Shown piece by piece: positions 22,001-31,910 of a stretch of DNA of 64,000 nt (position 1 is its first letter; every line of letters starts with the position of its first letter). The stretch lies in NCBI GenBank assembly GCA_965248355.1, contig OZ252098.1, forward strand, positions 3,552,001-3,616,000. The letters are read 5' to 3'. Source of the stretch: Candidatus Latescibacterota bacterium (GTDB taxonomy: Bacteria; Latescibacterota; UBA2968; UBA8231). The notes beneath the pieces were generated by a model, which searched no databases, was not told the origin of the DNA, and saw only the letters and a program-made list of their open reading frames with translations. The translations under genes and the position numbers were made by a program.

Positions 22001-22468
22001 TCAGTCCAGACCGGCCATCAGATCGGCCATTTCGATGGCGTTCATCGCGGCGTCCCACCCCCGGTTGCCGGAGCGCACGCCGGCGCGGTTGACGGCCTGC
22101 TCCACGTCGTCGGCGGTGATCACCCCGAAGGTCACCGGCGTGCCGCTGTCGAGACCAACCCGGGCGATGCCGCGAGCGGCTTCGCCCGCGACGAAGTCGA
22201 AGTGGGGGGTCTCGGAGCGTATCACGGCGCCGAGGCAGATGATCACGTCGAAGCGCCCGGTCCCCGCCAGCCTGCGCGCCACCAGGGGCAGCTCGAAGGA
22301 TCCGGGGACCCAGGCGATCTCGACGTTGTCCTCGGGACAGCCGTGGCGCCGCAGGCAATCCAGGGCGCCGTCGAGCAGCTTGCCCGTGATCAGGCTGTTG
22401 AAACGGGCCACGACGATGGCAAAGCGCCGGCTGCCGGCCTCGAGCTTGCCCTCATGCACTCTCGGCAT
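22001..22468 (-). CDS. ribH: 6,7-dimethyl-8-ribityllumazine synthase
   Basis: [33 protein letters not shown]. Confidence 0.96.
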   Translation of the reverse strand: MPRVHEGKLEAGSRRFAIVVARFNSLITGKLLDGALDCLRRHGCPEDNVEIAWVPGSFELPLVARRLAGTGRFDVIICLGAVIRSETPHFDFVAGEAARGIARVGLDSGTPVTFGVITADDVEQAVNRAGVRSGNRGWDAAMNAIEMADLMAGLD

Positions 22469-23714
22469 CGGGATCCTCTCGTTCGGAGAGCAAGTTGACG
22501 TGCCCCATGCGGTCTCGCTTGGTGCGCAGGTAGCGGATGTTGTGCCGGTTGGGCTCCGCCGCCAGCGGCACCTGCTCGACCACGGTCAGCCCGTAGCCGT
22601 CGAGGCCGACGCGCTTGCGCGGGTTGTTGGTCAGCAGGCGCAGCTGCCGCAGGCCGAGATCGTACAGGACCTGGGCGCCGATGCCGTAGTCCCGGACATC
22701 GGCGGGCAGGCCCAGGGCATGGTTGGCCTCGACCGTGTCGAGACCCTGGCTCTGCTGCAGCTCGTAGGCCTTCAGCTTGTGGATCAGCCCGATGCCGCGG
22801 CCCTCGTGACTCTGGATATAGACGATCACGCCCCGGCCCTCGGCGGCGATCAGCGACATGGCCCGCTGCAGCTGCTCGCCGCAGTCACACAGATGCGACC
22901 CGAGGGCGTCGCCGGTGACGCAGCAGGAGTGCATGCGCACCAGGGTCGGGCCGCCGTCGGAGACATCTCCCATGGCGAGGGCGATGTACGGACTGCCGTC
23001 GACCAGGGAGCGGTAGGCATAGGCGGTGAACTCGCCGTGCCGGGTCGGCATGGAGGCGCGAGCCTGCAGCTCGATCAGCTTCTCGGACCGCCGCCGGTGG
23101 GCGATCAGATCGCGGATGGTGGCGATCTTGAGACCGTGCCGAGCGGCGAACTCGAGCAGGTAGGGTGTGGAGGCCAGCTCCCCGTCGGTGTCGAGGACCG
23201 AGGCCAGGACCGCCACCGGCTGAAAGCCGGACACCCGGGCCAGATCGACGGAGGCCTCGGTGTGACCGGCCCGCCGCAATACGCCGCCAGGTTGCGCGGC
23301 GATCGGCGTCACGTGGCCCGGCTGCACGAAGTCCGCCCCCCGGCTGCTCGGATCGGCCAGACGACGGATGGTGAGCGTGCGCTCCTGGACGGAGACGCCG
23401 GTGCCCGCCACCTCGCGGGCGTTGACCGAGGTCATGTAGGCGGCGCCCCGGGGGCCGGCCCCCCCTGGACGCGCCAGCTCCAGACCCGAGGCCTCGAGAC
23501 GCTCGCGATCGGCGGCGACGTAGACCGGCCCCCCGGCGTGGCGGGCGATGAAGTTGACCGAAGCGGAGTCGGCGAGCTCGGCGATCATGACCAGCTCCCC
23601 CTCGCCGACGAGATCGGAGCCGTCCACGTCGACGGCGCGCTCGTCCACCAGCACCACCATGCGGCCGGCGGCCAGCTCCTCGATGATCTCCTCGATGGTG
23701 TTGAAATCAGGCAC
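22452..23714 (-). CDS. ribBA: RibBA-type fusion: degenerate DHBP-synthase domain plus GTP cyclohydrolase II
   Basis: [12 protein letters not shown] in the N-domain; HSCCVTGD...[19 protein letters not shown] in the C-domain. Start approximate (GTG). Confidence 0.88.
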   Translation of the reverse strand: MPDFNTIEEIIEELAAGRMVVLVDERAVDVDGSDLVGEGELVMIAELADSASVNFIARHAGGPVYVAADRERLEASGLELARPGGAGPRGAAYMTSVNAREVAGTGVSVQERTLTIRRLADPSSRGADFVQPGHVTPIAAQPGGVLRRAGHTEASVDLARVSGFQPVAVLASVLDTDGELASTPYLLEFAARHGLKIATIRDLIAHRRRSEKLIELQARASMPTRHGEFTAYAYRSLVDGSPYIALAMGDVSDGGPTLVRMHSCCVTGDALGSHLCDCGEQLQRAMSLIAAEGRGVIVYIQSHEGRGIGLIHKLKAYELQQSQGLDTVEANHALGLPADVRDYGIGAQVLYDLGLRQLRLLTNNPRKRVGLDGYGLTVVEQVPLAAEPNRHNIRYLRTKRDRMGHVNLLSEREDPDAESA

Positions 23715-23748
23715 GGTCAAAAAAGCCCGGCACGAGGCCGGGCCAGGA

Positions 23749-24402
23749 TCAGGTGTATCCCAGGTCCCGGAGAGCATCGAGGGTGAGGCCGCCCCGGCCG
23801 GGGGATCGGCCGGCCTCCAGAAGGCGCTCCACGTAGCGGGCGACCACGTCGATCTCGAGGTTCACCCGGGCGCCGGCGCGGATCTGCGAAAGGTTCGTAT
23901 GTACTAATGTATGCGGTATGATAGCGACGGTAAAGGTGCCGTCTGGTGCGACCCCGGCGAGGGTCAGGCTGATCCCGTCGACGGCGATGCATCCCTTGGC
24001 CGCGAGATAGCGTGCGAGCTCCGCCGGGGGAGCCGCCTCGAGGACCGTGTCGCCGCCCGCCAGGTCGAGTCGGCGCACGGTGCCGACACCGTCGACGTGA
24101 CCCAGGACCAGATGTCCGCCCAGCCGGTCGGAGGAGCGCAGGGAGCGTTCCAGGTTCACGGGCGATCCCGGCCGCAGCTGTCCCAGGGTCGTACGCCGCA
24201 AGGTCTCGGCCACGGACTCGACGCGGAAGCTTCCCTCCTTCAGGTCCACCACGGTTTGGCAGGCCCCGTTGATGTTGACGCTGTCGCCGGGCTTCAGGTC
24301 CTCGCAGACCCTCGGGGCGGCGATCTCCAGGCGCTGCAGATCCTCCCCCGGGCGCTCGACCCGGCGGACGGTGCCCACTTCCTCGATCAGCCCGGTGAAC
24401 AC
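23749..24402 (-). CDS. ribE: riboflavin synthase (alpha chain)
   Basis: (M)FTGLIEE N-terminus, VNLERSL, GGHLVLGHVDG, VDGISLT, VNLEID. Confidence 0.95.
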   Translation of the reverse strand: MFTGLIEEVGTVRRVERPGEDLQRLEIAAPRVCEDLKPGDSVNINGACQTVVDLKEGSFRVESVAETLRRTTLGQLRPGSPVNLERSLRSSDRLGGHLVLGHVDGVGTVRRLDLAGGDTVLEAAPPAELARYLAAKGCIAVDGISLTLAGVAPDGTFTVAIIPHTLVHTNLSQIRAGARVNLEIDVVARYVERLLEAGRSPGRGGLTLDALRDLGYT

Positions 24403-25484
24403 GGGTAGACCACCCTCCCGGTATAGAGCAGGTCCTCTCCAAGGCGGCGGGTACGCACCTGCTCGAGAGCAGGCGTCTCCTCCAGGGTCTTCACGCCCAG
24501 ATCCCCGACTCCGGCCAGGGCATCGCCCCCCAGCAGGCGGGGGGCGATGTAGATCATCACGCGGTCCACGGCCCGGGCCCTCAGGGCCGCACCCGCCAGC
24601 GTGCGTCCACCCTCGAGAAGAACGCTGGTGAGCCCCGCCTGGCCCGCCCGTGCCCACAGGTCGGACAACCCGACGACCCCCTCCTCGTCCGGCAGCGTCC
24701 AGACCTCCACGCCCCGCTCGGAGAATCGCCGGCGAGCCGGCTCCGGTGCCGATGCCGCCGTGGCCAGGATCGGTTCCCGGCCGCCGAAGACCTTCGCCGA
24801 TGGCCGGCAGCGCAGGCCTCCGTCCACGACGAGGGGCCGTGGGTCGCGGCCCCTCGTGTGGCGCACCGTCAGGGCCGGATCGTCGGCAAGCACCGTGCCG
24901 GCGCCCACGGCCACGGCGTCCACCCAGGAACGCCAACGGTGGGCGTGGCGCCGCGCCGGCTCGCCGGTGATCCACCGCGAGGCCCCCGAGGCGGTGGCGA
25001 TGCGCCCGTCGAGGGACTGGCCCAGCTTGAGCACCACCAGCGGCCGTCCGGTGCGGCGGTGGTGCAGGTAGGCGGCGTTCTGCTCCTCCGCCTCGGCCGC
25101 GCGGGAGCCCACCTCGACCCCGATGCCGGCCTCCCGGAGCCGGGAGAAACCCCGGCCGTTGACCCGCGGGTCGGGATCCTGCAGGGAGCAGACCACCCGC
25201 CGGATCCCGGCGGCGGCCACCGCCTCGGCGCACGGCGGAGTGCGGCCCTGAAAGGAGCACGGTTCCAGGTTGCAGAACAGGGTGCCGCCGAGGGCCCCCT
25301 CGCCGGCGGCCCTCAGGGCCTCGATCTCGGCATGGGGCCCCCCGAGCCGTCGGTGCCAGCCCTCGCCGGCGACGGCGCCTGACGCGTCGACGACGACGGC
25401 GCCCACCATGGGATTCGGGCTCACCTTGCCGCGGCCACGGGCGGCCAGGGCCAGGGCCCGGCCGAGTGCCTTGGCCTCATCCAA
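24387..25484 (-). CDS. ribD: bifunctional riboflavin deaminase/reductase
   Basis: PNPMVGAVVV, HAE, LEPC...GRTPPC, SLDG, SRWIT, LLEGG. Start (TTG) approximate. Confidence 0.94.
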   Translation of the reverse strand: MDEAKALGRALALAARGRGKVSPNPMVGAVVVDASGAVAGEGWHRRLGGPHAEIEALRAAGEGALGGTLFCNLEPCSFQGRTPPCAEAVAAAGIRRVVCSLQDPDPRVNGRGFSRLREAGIGVEVGSRAAEAEEQNAAYLHHRRTGRPLVVLKLGQSLDGRIATASGASRWITGEPARRHAHRWRSWVDAVAVGAGTVLADDPALTVRHTRGRDPRPLVVDGGLRCRPSAKVFGGREPILATAASAPEPARRRFSERGVEVWTLPDEEGVVGLSDLWARAGQAGLTSVLLEGGRTLAGAALRARAVDRVMIYIAPRLLGGDALAGVGDLGVKTLEETPALEQVRTRRLGEDLLYTGRVVYPCSPG

Positions 25485-25492
25485 CCGGGGAA

Positions 25493-27541
25493 CTACTCGA
25501 CTTCCACGAGAACGCGGGCCACGCCCACGTTGTCGAGGGCGTCCCAGGCCTGCACCGAGATGACGTGCTCTCCAGGCTCCAGGTCCTGCTCCCGGAAGGT
25601 GGCCGCCTCCCGCCGGCCGTCGAAGACCCCGTCGTCGGGGGCCAGACGGATGCCCGCGTCGTCGTAGTCGACGCTGTAGCGGGCTCCGTGGACTGCGGTG
25701 ACGGCGTCCTCGATCTCCGCGTGGAGGAGGATCCCGCCGTTCTCCCGGCTCGCCCTCAGACGGACGCGGGGCGGGGTGTTGTCGATCGGGAAGGGATGAC
25801 TCACGTAGTCGTCCTCGAGGGCCAGCTCCAGGGGGTTGTCCGGGGCGTCCGAAGCGACCACCCGCAGCTGCGTCGTGCCCTCGGGCATGCTCTCCGTGTC
25901 CCAGAACAGGGTGGTCTGGGCGATCCGGTCCTCCACCAGCTTCCACTCCCGTTGATCCTCGCCGCGCAGGTAGACACGGTAGCTGAGCTCGTCCCCGTTC
26001 GGATCCTGCGCCTGCCAGCGCACGAGGCGCAGGCTCTTGCTCCGAGGCAGTCCCCGGTTGCCGTCCCGGGGGCCGTTCTGCGGCGGCGGCGGCGGGCCCT
26101 GGCCCTGGGGATTGCCGCGATAGGCGAAGGTGGTCACCTCGGAGATGCGGGGAGGCAGGTTGGTCGGCCGGGCCGCCATCGACACTCGTCTCACCCGGGG
26201 CGTGCGCTCGGGGTCCCGGGACGACAGGACCAGACGGTATTGCAGGTAGCGCGCCGGGGGGCTGGATATGGCCGTGCCGGATTCGGTGACCGTCTCGGAC
26301 CACTCGCTCCAGGTCTCGTCCGGCGTGGCCGTGTTGCCCGAGCGGGTTCGGAGAAAGAGTCGGGTGCGCTCGGGGACCGAGGCCTCCCACTCCACGGTCC
26401 CCCAGTGTCCGTGGCTGCCGAGGTCTTCCACCGGGGCGTCGAAGAACCCGCTGTCGGCGGCGCTCGGGGTCAGGCGGGACAGGCGTCCCGTGAGCCCGTC
26501 GCCGACGATCCAGTCGCCGTCCCGCAGCAGAAGCGCGTTCGGCGACAGGGAATCGGCCGCGGCGAGGCGCTCTCCGAGCCGTCCCTCGGTGTGCACGCGC
26601 AACAACTGCGCCGGCTCCCGCAGGACCGCCGCCAGCCAGCCGTCCCCGCCGTCGGCGAGACCGGCCCAGACCCCCGGTCCGCGCCAAAGGGGGTAGGAGC
26701 CCCCGCCCGGATCGACTCGGAGCAGGGTCGCCAGCGACTCCGGGCTCCCGCCCTGCGCCTCCGGGGGCGTGGTGACCAGGGCCGCGAAGAGGGTGTCGCC
26801 CATGGCGACCAGGTGGGTGACCTCTTCGGCGTCGGTCTCAATCACGAGGCGGGCTCCGGATCCGGTGAGCTCGTAGATGCGGGCCCGGGCCTGGGGGCTG
26901 GGGGAGTCCTCTCCCGTACCGGAGACGGCGGTGCCGGCGTACCAGCGCGAGCCGGCGACGGCCAGGGCGCGCACGTGATCGCCGGTACGGCCCTGAAACA
27001 GGGTGTCCACCTGGTCGCCGGCGATGCGCAGCACGCGGGCCGGTCCGCCGGCGGCGACGAGCAGGCGGCCCCGGCGATCGAGGGCCAGGTCCCAGACATA
27101 GCGGCTCCCCGAGGCCGTCTCCGAAGCCACCTCGCCGTTCGGGGCCAGGCGGTAGACGAGACCGTCGGGAGAGGTGCCGGCGAAGAGCCCGCCAGCCACC
27201 GGCTCGAGGGCGTGCACGCCGACCTCGGGCGAGTCGAAGAGCAGCCGGGGCGTCGCCTCCTTGCCCGATAGACGGAAGATGCGCCCCTCGTCCCCGGTGC
27301 CGACCCACAGATCGGCATCGTCGGTCGCCAAGGTCCAGATCCGGCGGGCATCGACCTCGGCCAGCGGGGTCAGGACCGGTCCGAGAGCCAGCTCACCGTC
27401 GGAGCTCAGGGAGATGCCGACACCGGTGCCGGACTCGAAGTCGGCGAAACGGGCCTGATGGCGGATGACCGGATCGACGCTCCAAACAGGGACGGCCAGC
27501 AGGCAGACCAGCAAGTGGGTTCGACGGATCAGTGGACTCAC
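25493..27541 (-). CDS. exported beta-propeller protein with C-terminal FN3/Ig-like domains
   Basis: Signal peptide, repeated W.L......L.(V/A)GT...G.(I/V)(F/Y)R blades, RTRSGNT..PD.TWS.W, C-terminal IDNTPP and AWDALDN; GTGA-coupled to the S55 gene. Confidence 0.72.
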   Translation of the reverse strand: MSPLIRRTHLLVCLLAVPVWSVDPVIRHQARFADFESGTGVGISLSSDGELALGPVLTPLAEVDARRIWTLATDDADLWVGTGDEGRIFRLSGKEATPRLLFDSPEVGVHALEPVAGGLFAGTSPDGLVYRLAPNGEVASETASGSRYVWDLALDRRGRLLVAAGGPARVLRIAGDQVDTLFQGRTGDHVRALAVAGSRWYAGTAVSGTGEDSPSPQARARIYELTGSGARLVIETDAEEVTHLVAMGDTLFAALVTTPPEAQGGSPESLATLLRVDPGGGSYPLWRGPGVWAGLADGGDGWLAAVLREPAQLLRVHTEGRLGERLAAADSLSPNALLLRDGDWIVGDGLTGRLSRLTPSAADSGFFDAPVEDLGSHGHWGTVEWEASVPERTRLFLRTRSGNTATPDETWSEWSETVTESGTAISSPPARYLQYRLVLSSRDPERTPRVRRVSMAARPTNLPPRISEVTTFAYRGNPQGQGPPPPPQNGPRDGNRGLPRSKSLRLVRWQAQDPNGDELSYRVYLRGEDQREWKLVEDRIAQTTLFWDTESMPEGTTQLRVVASDAPDNPLELALEDDYVSHPFPIDNTPPRVRLRASRENGGILLHAEIEDAVTAVHGARYSVDYDDAGIRLAPDDGVFDGRREAATFREQDLEPGEHVISVQAWDALDNVGVARVLVEVE

Positions 27542-29241
27542 TGGCGGACCTTCGGATGCACCTCGAGGGTGAGGGCCTGCTCGCCGCGCAGCACCAAGCC
27601 AGCGGGCACCCGTCGTTCCGTCAGCACCCGCGAGGCCACGGGGCGGGTCGCGCCCGCCACCGGCGACTGCGACAGCAGCCGGCGGACGGAAGGGGGCGGC
27701 GCGGGCAGCTCGCGGCCGTCGACGCTCAGACCGGCCTCCGCAACCGTCAGCTGCACCACGAGCTCGTCCACCCGTCGAGGCCGGTTCAGACGCCGCAGCA
27801 GCTCCTGGGAGGTCGCCGGCGGGCCGGCTCCCAATCGGTCCTCCTCCCAGCCGTTGGCCGAGCGCGCCGAGCCGATCCGCACCCGCACTTCCCCGGCCGC
27901 GCCAGCGGGAACCCGCACGGGCACATCGAGGATCCGCTCGGGGCCGCGGTACGGGGTCAGCCGCACCGAGACGGTGACCTCGTCCCCGGCGTGGACACGG
28001 GGACGCTGCAGACTCGCCCCGGCGAGGCGGGCGACGCGGACCTCCTCCTCCCGCACCTCGGCCCGGACCCGCACTGCGGCCAGACCGATGTCCTCGAAGG
28101 AAGAGCGCGCCAGGGCCCGCAAGGGCAGACCGGCGTCGATGGCGGCGCCGATGGTCGCGTCGATCCCGCTGTACATCTGGTCCCAGGTCACCTTGCGGCC
28201 GTCGCTCAGCTCCATGTCGAGGGTCAACTCGATCGAGGTCTCGCCCACCGCCTTGGACGTGGACTCGAGGGCTCCCATCAGCGCCGACTGGATCAGACCG
28301 GCGGTGAAGAACCGGTGCCGGGCCACCTTGAACCGGAACTCCCGCTCCGGGCCTTCCGGGGCTACGGCCACCTCCACGGGCAGCACGTCGGCCCGCTCGC
28401 CCGTGAGCCCGGCGATCCCGCCGAAGCGATCCTGGCGCACGGCGCCGACGGTGCTCGTGGCCGCGGCGAGCTTGAAGGAGCGGAACCGGTGGTCGAGGAC
28501 GCCGAAGATGTGCGCGCCCGTCATCGGCAGGTCGATGGCGCCGCTGCCGACGAAGTCGTGGCCGAAAGCGACGAGGCGGTCTCCCTCCACGTGGGTCACC
28601 GTGCCGATGCCGACGATGCTCAAGTCCCCGCCAACCAGTTGCACCCCCACGGCGCTGCCCGGCTGGAGCGCCGGGGTCTCCCGGGACGAGTCGTCGCCGG
28701 CCGGAGACAGGAAGGGCTCCAGGCCGAGAGGAGCCAGGACCTCCGTCATGCGTTGGGTCGTTCCACGGCCGACGCCCGACACCCACACGGGCGCTGCCAG
28801 ACGGACGAGGCCCCGCGGCCTCTCCGGCGAGGGGGCCCCGGAGGATCCCCGCGCCGGAGGCGACATGTCCCGCTCCATGACCGCGAGCATCTCGTGGATG
28901 GGGGTCAGCAGCCCGACGGGCTCATCGGCCGCGGACCAGCCCCAGGCCACGGCCCCGGCCAGGCGGCCTTCCACGTACACCGGGCTGCCGCTCATGCCGG
29001 CCACCAGACCCGTCTCCTCGAGCCCCAGTCCCGACAGCCGGACGAGGATGAGATCCCGTCCGGGCAGCATGGAGTTGTGCTCCACCCCCAGGATCTCGAC
29101 GCCGAAGGTGTCGATGCGGGTGCCTTCGATGACGGTGAGGCCGTATCCGCGCATTCCCCGGGTCAGCTCCGCCACCGGAGCCAGGTCGACCCCCTGCGCC
29201 GGGGTGTGACACAGGAAGACCGGGGCCAGAGCCGGGAGCAC
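27538..29241 (-). CDS. SpoIVB-like serine peptidase (S55 domain)
   Basis: GM.GYGLTV..G, AGMSGSPVY..GRL.GAV, GTVT...AFGH, QDR..GI.G. Start uncertain. Confidence 0.82.
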   Translation of the reverse strand: MLPALAPVFLCHTPAQGVDLAPVAELTRGMRGYGLTVIEGTRIDTFGVEILGVEHNSMLPGRDLILVRLSGLGLEETGLVAGMSGSPVYVEGRLAGAVAWGWSAADEPVGLLTPIHEMLAVMERDMSPPARGSSGAPSPERPRGLVRLAAPVWVSGVGRGTTQRMTEVLAPLGLEPFLSPAGDDSSRETPALQPGSAVGVQLVGGDLSIVGIGTVTHVEGDRLVAFGHDFVGSGAIDLPMTGAHIFGVLDHRFRSFKLAAATSTVGAVRQDRFGGIAGLTGERADVLPVEVAVAPEGPEREFRFKVARHRFFTAGLIQSALMGALESTSKAVGETSIELTLDMELSDGRKVTWDQMYSGIDATIGAAIDAGLPLRALARSSFEDIGLAAVRVRAEVREEEVRVARLAGASLQRPRVHAGDEVTVSVRLTPYRGPERILDVPVRVPAGAAGEVRVRIGSARSANGWEEDRLGAGPPATSQELLRRLNRPRRVDELVVQLTVAEAGLSVDGRELPAPPPSVRRLLSQSPVAGATRPVASRVLTERRVPAGLVLRGEQALTLEVHPKVRQ

Positions 29242-29549
29242 GCCGCGGAGCAGCCGCCCGAAGGGCTTGGCCGGTTCTCGTAACTGATTGTACCCCAAAG
29301 AGGTGCGCCTTCGAATAGGGAGCCGGTTAATGTACCTGGCCACCCCCGTCGCGTCAATCGCAGGAAGGTCGATTGCGCCGGGGCCCGTTGACACCTCGCG
29401 AGCCCGAAGGGCATTCTGTAGCGCCTTCCGGCTCGCTGCTGCGGACCTCTACGGAGTTGCCGTCCCCTGGAGTGGATCATGCGCCCTGTGGCCGGCCCCG
29501 CCATCGAAGCGGGACATCCCGGGATCCGAGGCTGAGGGGGCCTCCCGCC

Positions 29550-30458
29550 TTGCAGGGGTTCTTTCACCGCATCCGCGCCGGCCTGTCGCGCACGCGCTCG
29601 GCCGTGGTCGAAGCCGTCGCCGAGGCCGTTGGAGACCGCCGGCTCGACGGCGATCTCCTCGACGAAATCGAGGAGATCCTGATCTCGGCCGACGTGGGCA
29701 TCGACACCTCGGCGGCCATCGCCGAGGGGCTGCGCACCCGCGTCCGGGACTCCACCGGGGACGTCTTCGAGCTGTTGGCCGCCGAGCTGGAGGGGATCTT
29801 CGGCCCGGGGGAAGGCTTCGACGCCAGGCACCTTCCGGCCCGCCCCTACGTGATGCTGGTGGCCGGGGTCAACGGCGCCGGCAAGACGACGACCGTCGGC
29901 AAGCTCGCCCAGCGCTACGCGGGCGAGGGCCGCAAGGTGATGGTGGCGGCCTGCGACACCTTCCGCGCCGGCGCCGTGGCCCAGTTGCAGGTGTGGGCCG
30001 AACGCGCCGGCGCCGAGATCGTGTGCTCCCGGCAGGGCGCCGATCCGGCGGCCGTCGCCTTCGACGCGGCCCGGTCGGCCAGGGCGAGGGGCGCGGACGT
30101 GCTCCTCGTCGACACGGCGGGGCGCCTGCACACCCACGTGAACCTGATGGAAGAGCTGAAGAAGATCCGCCGGTCACTGGCCAAGTCACTCGACGGGGCG
30201 CCCCATGAGAGGCTTCTCGTCCTCGACGCGACCACCGGCCAGAACGCCCTGGTACAGGCCCGGGAGTTCCACTCGGCCCTCGACCTGACGGGCCTGGCCC
30301 TGACCAAGCTCGACGGCACCGCCCGCGGCGGCATCGCCTTCGCCCTGCGCCGCGAGCTGGAGGTGCCGATCCGTCTGCTGGGCGTGGGCGAAGGCCTCGA
30401 GGACATGCAGCCCTTCCACGGTCCGGAATTCGTCCGCGCCCTCCTCGATCGTGATTGA
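29550..30458 (+). CDS. ftsY: SRP receptor FtsY
   Basis: GVNGAGKTTT, DTFRAGA, DTAGRLH, DATTGQN, TKLDGTARGG; TTG start after a GAGGG RBS. Confidence 0.96.
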   Translation: MQGFFHRIRAGLSRTRSAVVEAVAEAVGDRRLDGDLLDEIEEILISADVGIDTSAAIAEGLRTRVRDSTGDVFELLAAELEGIFGPGEGFDARHLPARPYVMLVAGVNGAGKTTTVGKLAQRYAGEGRKVMVAACDTFRAGAVAQLQVWAERAGAEIVCSRQGADPAAVAFDAARSARARGADVLLVDTAGRLHTHVNLMEELKKIRRSLAKSLDGAPHERLLVLDATTGQNALVQAREFHSALDLTGLALTKLDGTARGGIAFALRRELEVPIRLLGVGEGLEDMQPFHGPEFVRALLDRD

Positions 30459-30510
30459 GCCGGCCGCCGAATGGCCCTCGCGACGGCGCGGCCCCGGAAC
30501 GGTGGAACGA

Positions 30511-30540
30511 TTGACAGGTTTTGCAGTGCAAAGTTAGACT
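30511..30540 (+). promoter_or_regulatory. sigma70-like promoter of gltA
   Basis: TTGACA(30511)-18 bp-TAGACT(30535); palindrome TTTGCA-G-TGCAAA inside the spacer. Confidence 0.6.
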
Positions 30541-30580
30541 GGTATCCGACTCCCCCCTACCACCACCAGAAGAGGCTCCG

Positions 30581-31867
30581 ATGCCGGAAACGGTCAACCT
30601 GCAACTGGGCGAACAGAAGATCGATCTTCCCGTCGTCGTCGGCAGCGAGAACGAGCACGCCATCGACATCAGCAAGCTGCGCGCTCAGACCGGTTACATC
30701 ACCCTCGACGAAGGCTACGGCAACACCGGCTCCTGCCAGAGTTCCATCACCTTCATCGATGGCGACCAGGGCATCCTCCGCTACCGCGGCATCCCCATCG
30801 AGAATCTGGCCGAGCAGAGCTCCTTCATCGAGACAGCCCACCTGCTGATCTGGGGCCGGCTGCCCACCCGGGAGCAACTCGACAGCTTCAGCAGCCACCT
30901 GACCCATCACCAGTTCCTGCGCGAGCAGCTCCGCCAGCACTTCGAGGTCTTCCCCCCGGGCTCGCCGCCCATGGCGGTGCTGTCCGCGGTGCTCAACTCC
31001 CTGGCCTGCTTCTATCCCGAGCTCCTCGACGCCGAGGACGAGAAGGTCTTCGACGAGGCGGCGGCGAGGCTGATCTCGAAGGTGCGCACCATCGCCGCCT
31101 ACTCCTACAAGCACGACATGGGCCACTACCTCGTTTACCCGCACCCGGAGAAGAACTTCTGCGAGAACTTCCTGCACATGATGTTCTCCGAGCCCTACCG
31201 GGACTACGAGCCCGACCCGGCCCTGGTCCGGGCCCTGGACGTGCTGCTGCTGCTGCACGCCGACCACGAGCAGAACTGCTCCACCTCGACGGTGCGCATG
31301 GTGGGCAGCTCCGGGGCCAACCTCTTCGCCTCGGTGGCGGCGGGCGTCTCGGCCCTGTGGGGCCGCCTTCACGGCGGGGCCAACGTGGCCGTAGTGAGCA
31401 TGCTCGAGTCGATTCTCGAGCAGGGGATCCCGGTGAAGGACTACGTGCAGCAGGTGAAGGACAAGAAGGCGGGGATCCGGCTCATGGGCTTCGGGCACCG
31501 GGTCTATAAGAACTTTGACCCGAGGGCCCGGATCATAAAGGAGCAGGCGGAATCGGTGCTGGCCAAGATCCACCGGGACGATCCGCTGCTGGGGCTGGCC
31601 GAGGAGCTGGAGGGAGCCGCCCTGGCGGACGACTACTTCAAGGAGCGCAGCCTCTATCCGAACGTCGACTTCTACTCGGGCGTGATCCTCCGCGCCCTGG
31701 GCATTCCGACGAGCATGTTCACGGTGATGTTCGCCATGGGCCGCATGCCCGGCTGGATCGCCCAGTGGTACGAGGACCGTTTCGTCACCAAGGGTCGTCT
31801 CCACCGGCCGCGGCAGGTCTACACCGGCCCCAGGGAGGTCTGCTACGTGCCCCTGAGCCAGCGCTAG
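30581..31867 (+). CDS. gltA: citrate synthase
   Basis: ITFIDG..GILRYRG, HADHEQNCST, LHGGAN, GFGHRVYKNFDPRA, YPNVDFYSG, RPRQVY. Confidence 0.97.
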   Translation: MPETVNLQLGEQKIDLPVVVGSENEHAIDISKLRAQTGYITLDEGYGNTGSCQSSITFIDGDQGILRYRGIPIENLAEQSSFIETAHLLIWGRLPTREQLDSFSSHLTHHQFLREQLRQHFEVFPPGSPPMAVLSAVLNSLACFYPELLDAEDEKVFDEAAARLISKVRTIAAYSYKHDMGHYLVYPHPEKNFCENFLHMMFSEPYRDYEPDPALVRALDVLLLLHADHEQNCSTSTVRMVGSSGANLFASVAAGVSALWGRLHGGANVAVVSMLESILEQGIPVKDYVQQVKDKKAGIRLMGFGHRVYKNFDPRARIIKEQAESVLAKIHRDDPLLGLAEELEGAALADDYFKERSLYPNVDFYSGVILRALGIPTSMFTVMFAMGRMPGWIAQWYEDRFVTKGRLHRPRQVYTGPREVCYVPLSQR

Positions 31868-31910
31868 CCCGGCCGCCGGCAACGGCCATCCCAGTCCAGG
31901 AGCGCCACCG

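Noticed and set aside
29351..29378. Hairpin with GGAA-containing loop upstream of ftsY, considered as SRP (4.5S) RNA
   Set aside because: Lacks the CAGG/AGCA internal-loop motif of SRP domain IV and a long closing helix; treated as an ordinary inverted repeat.
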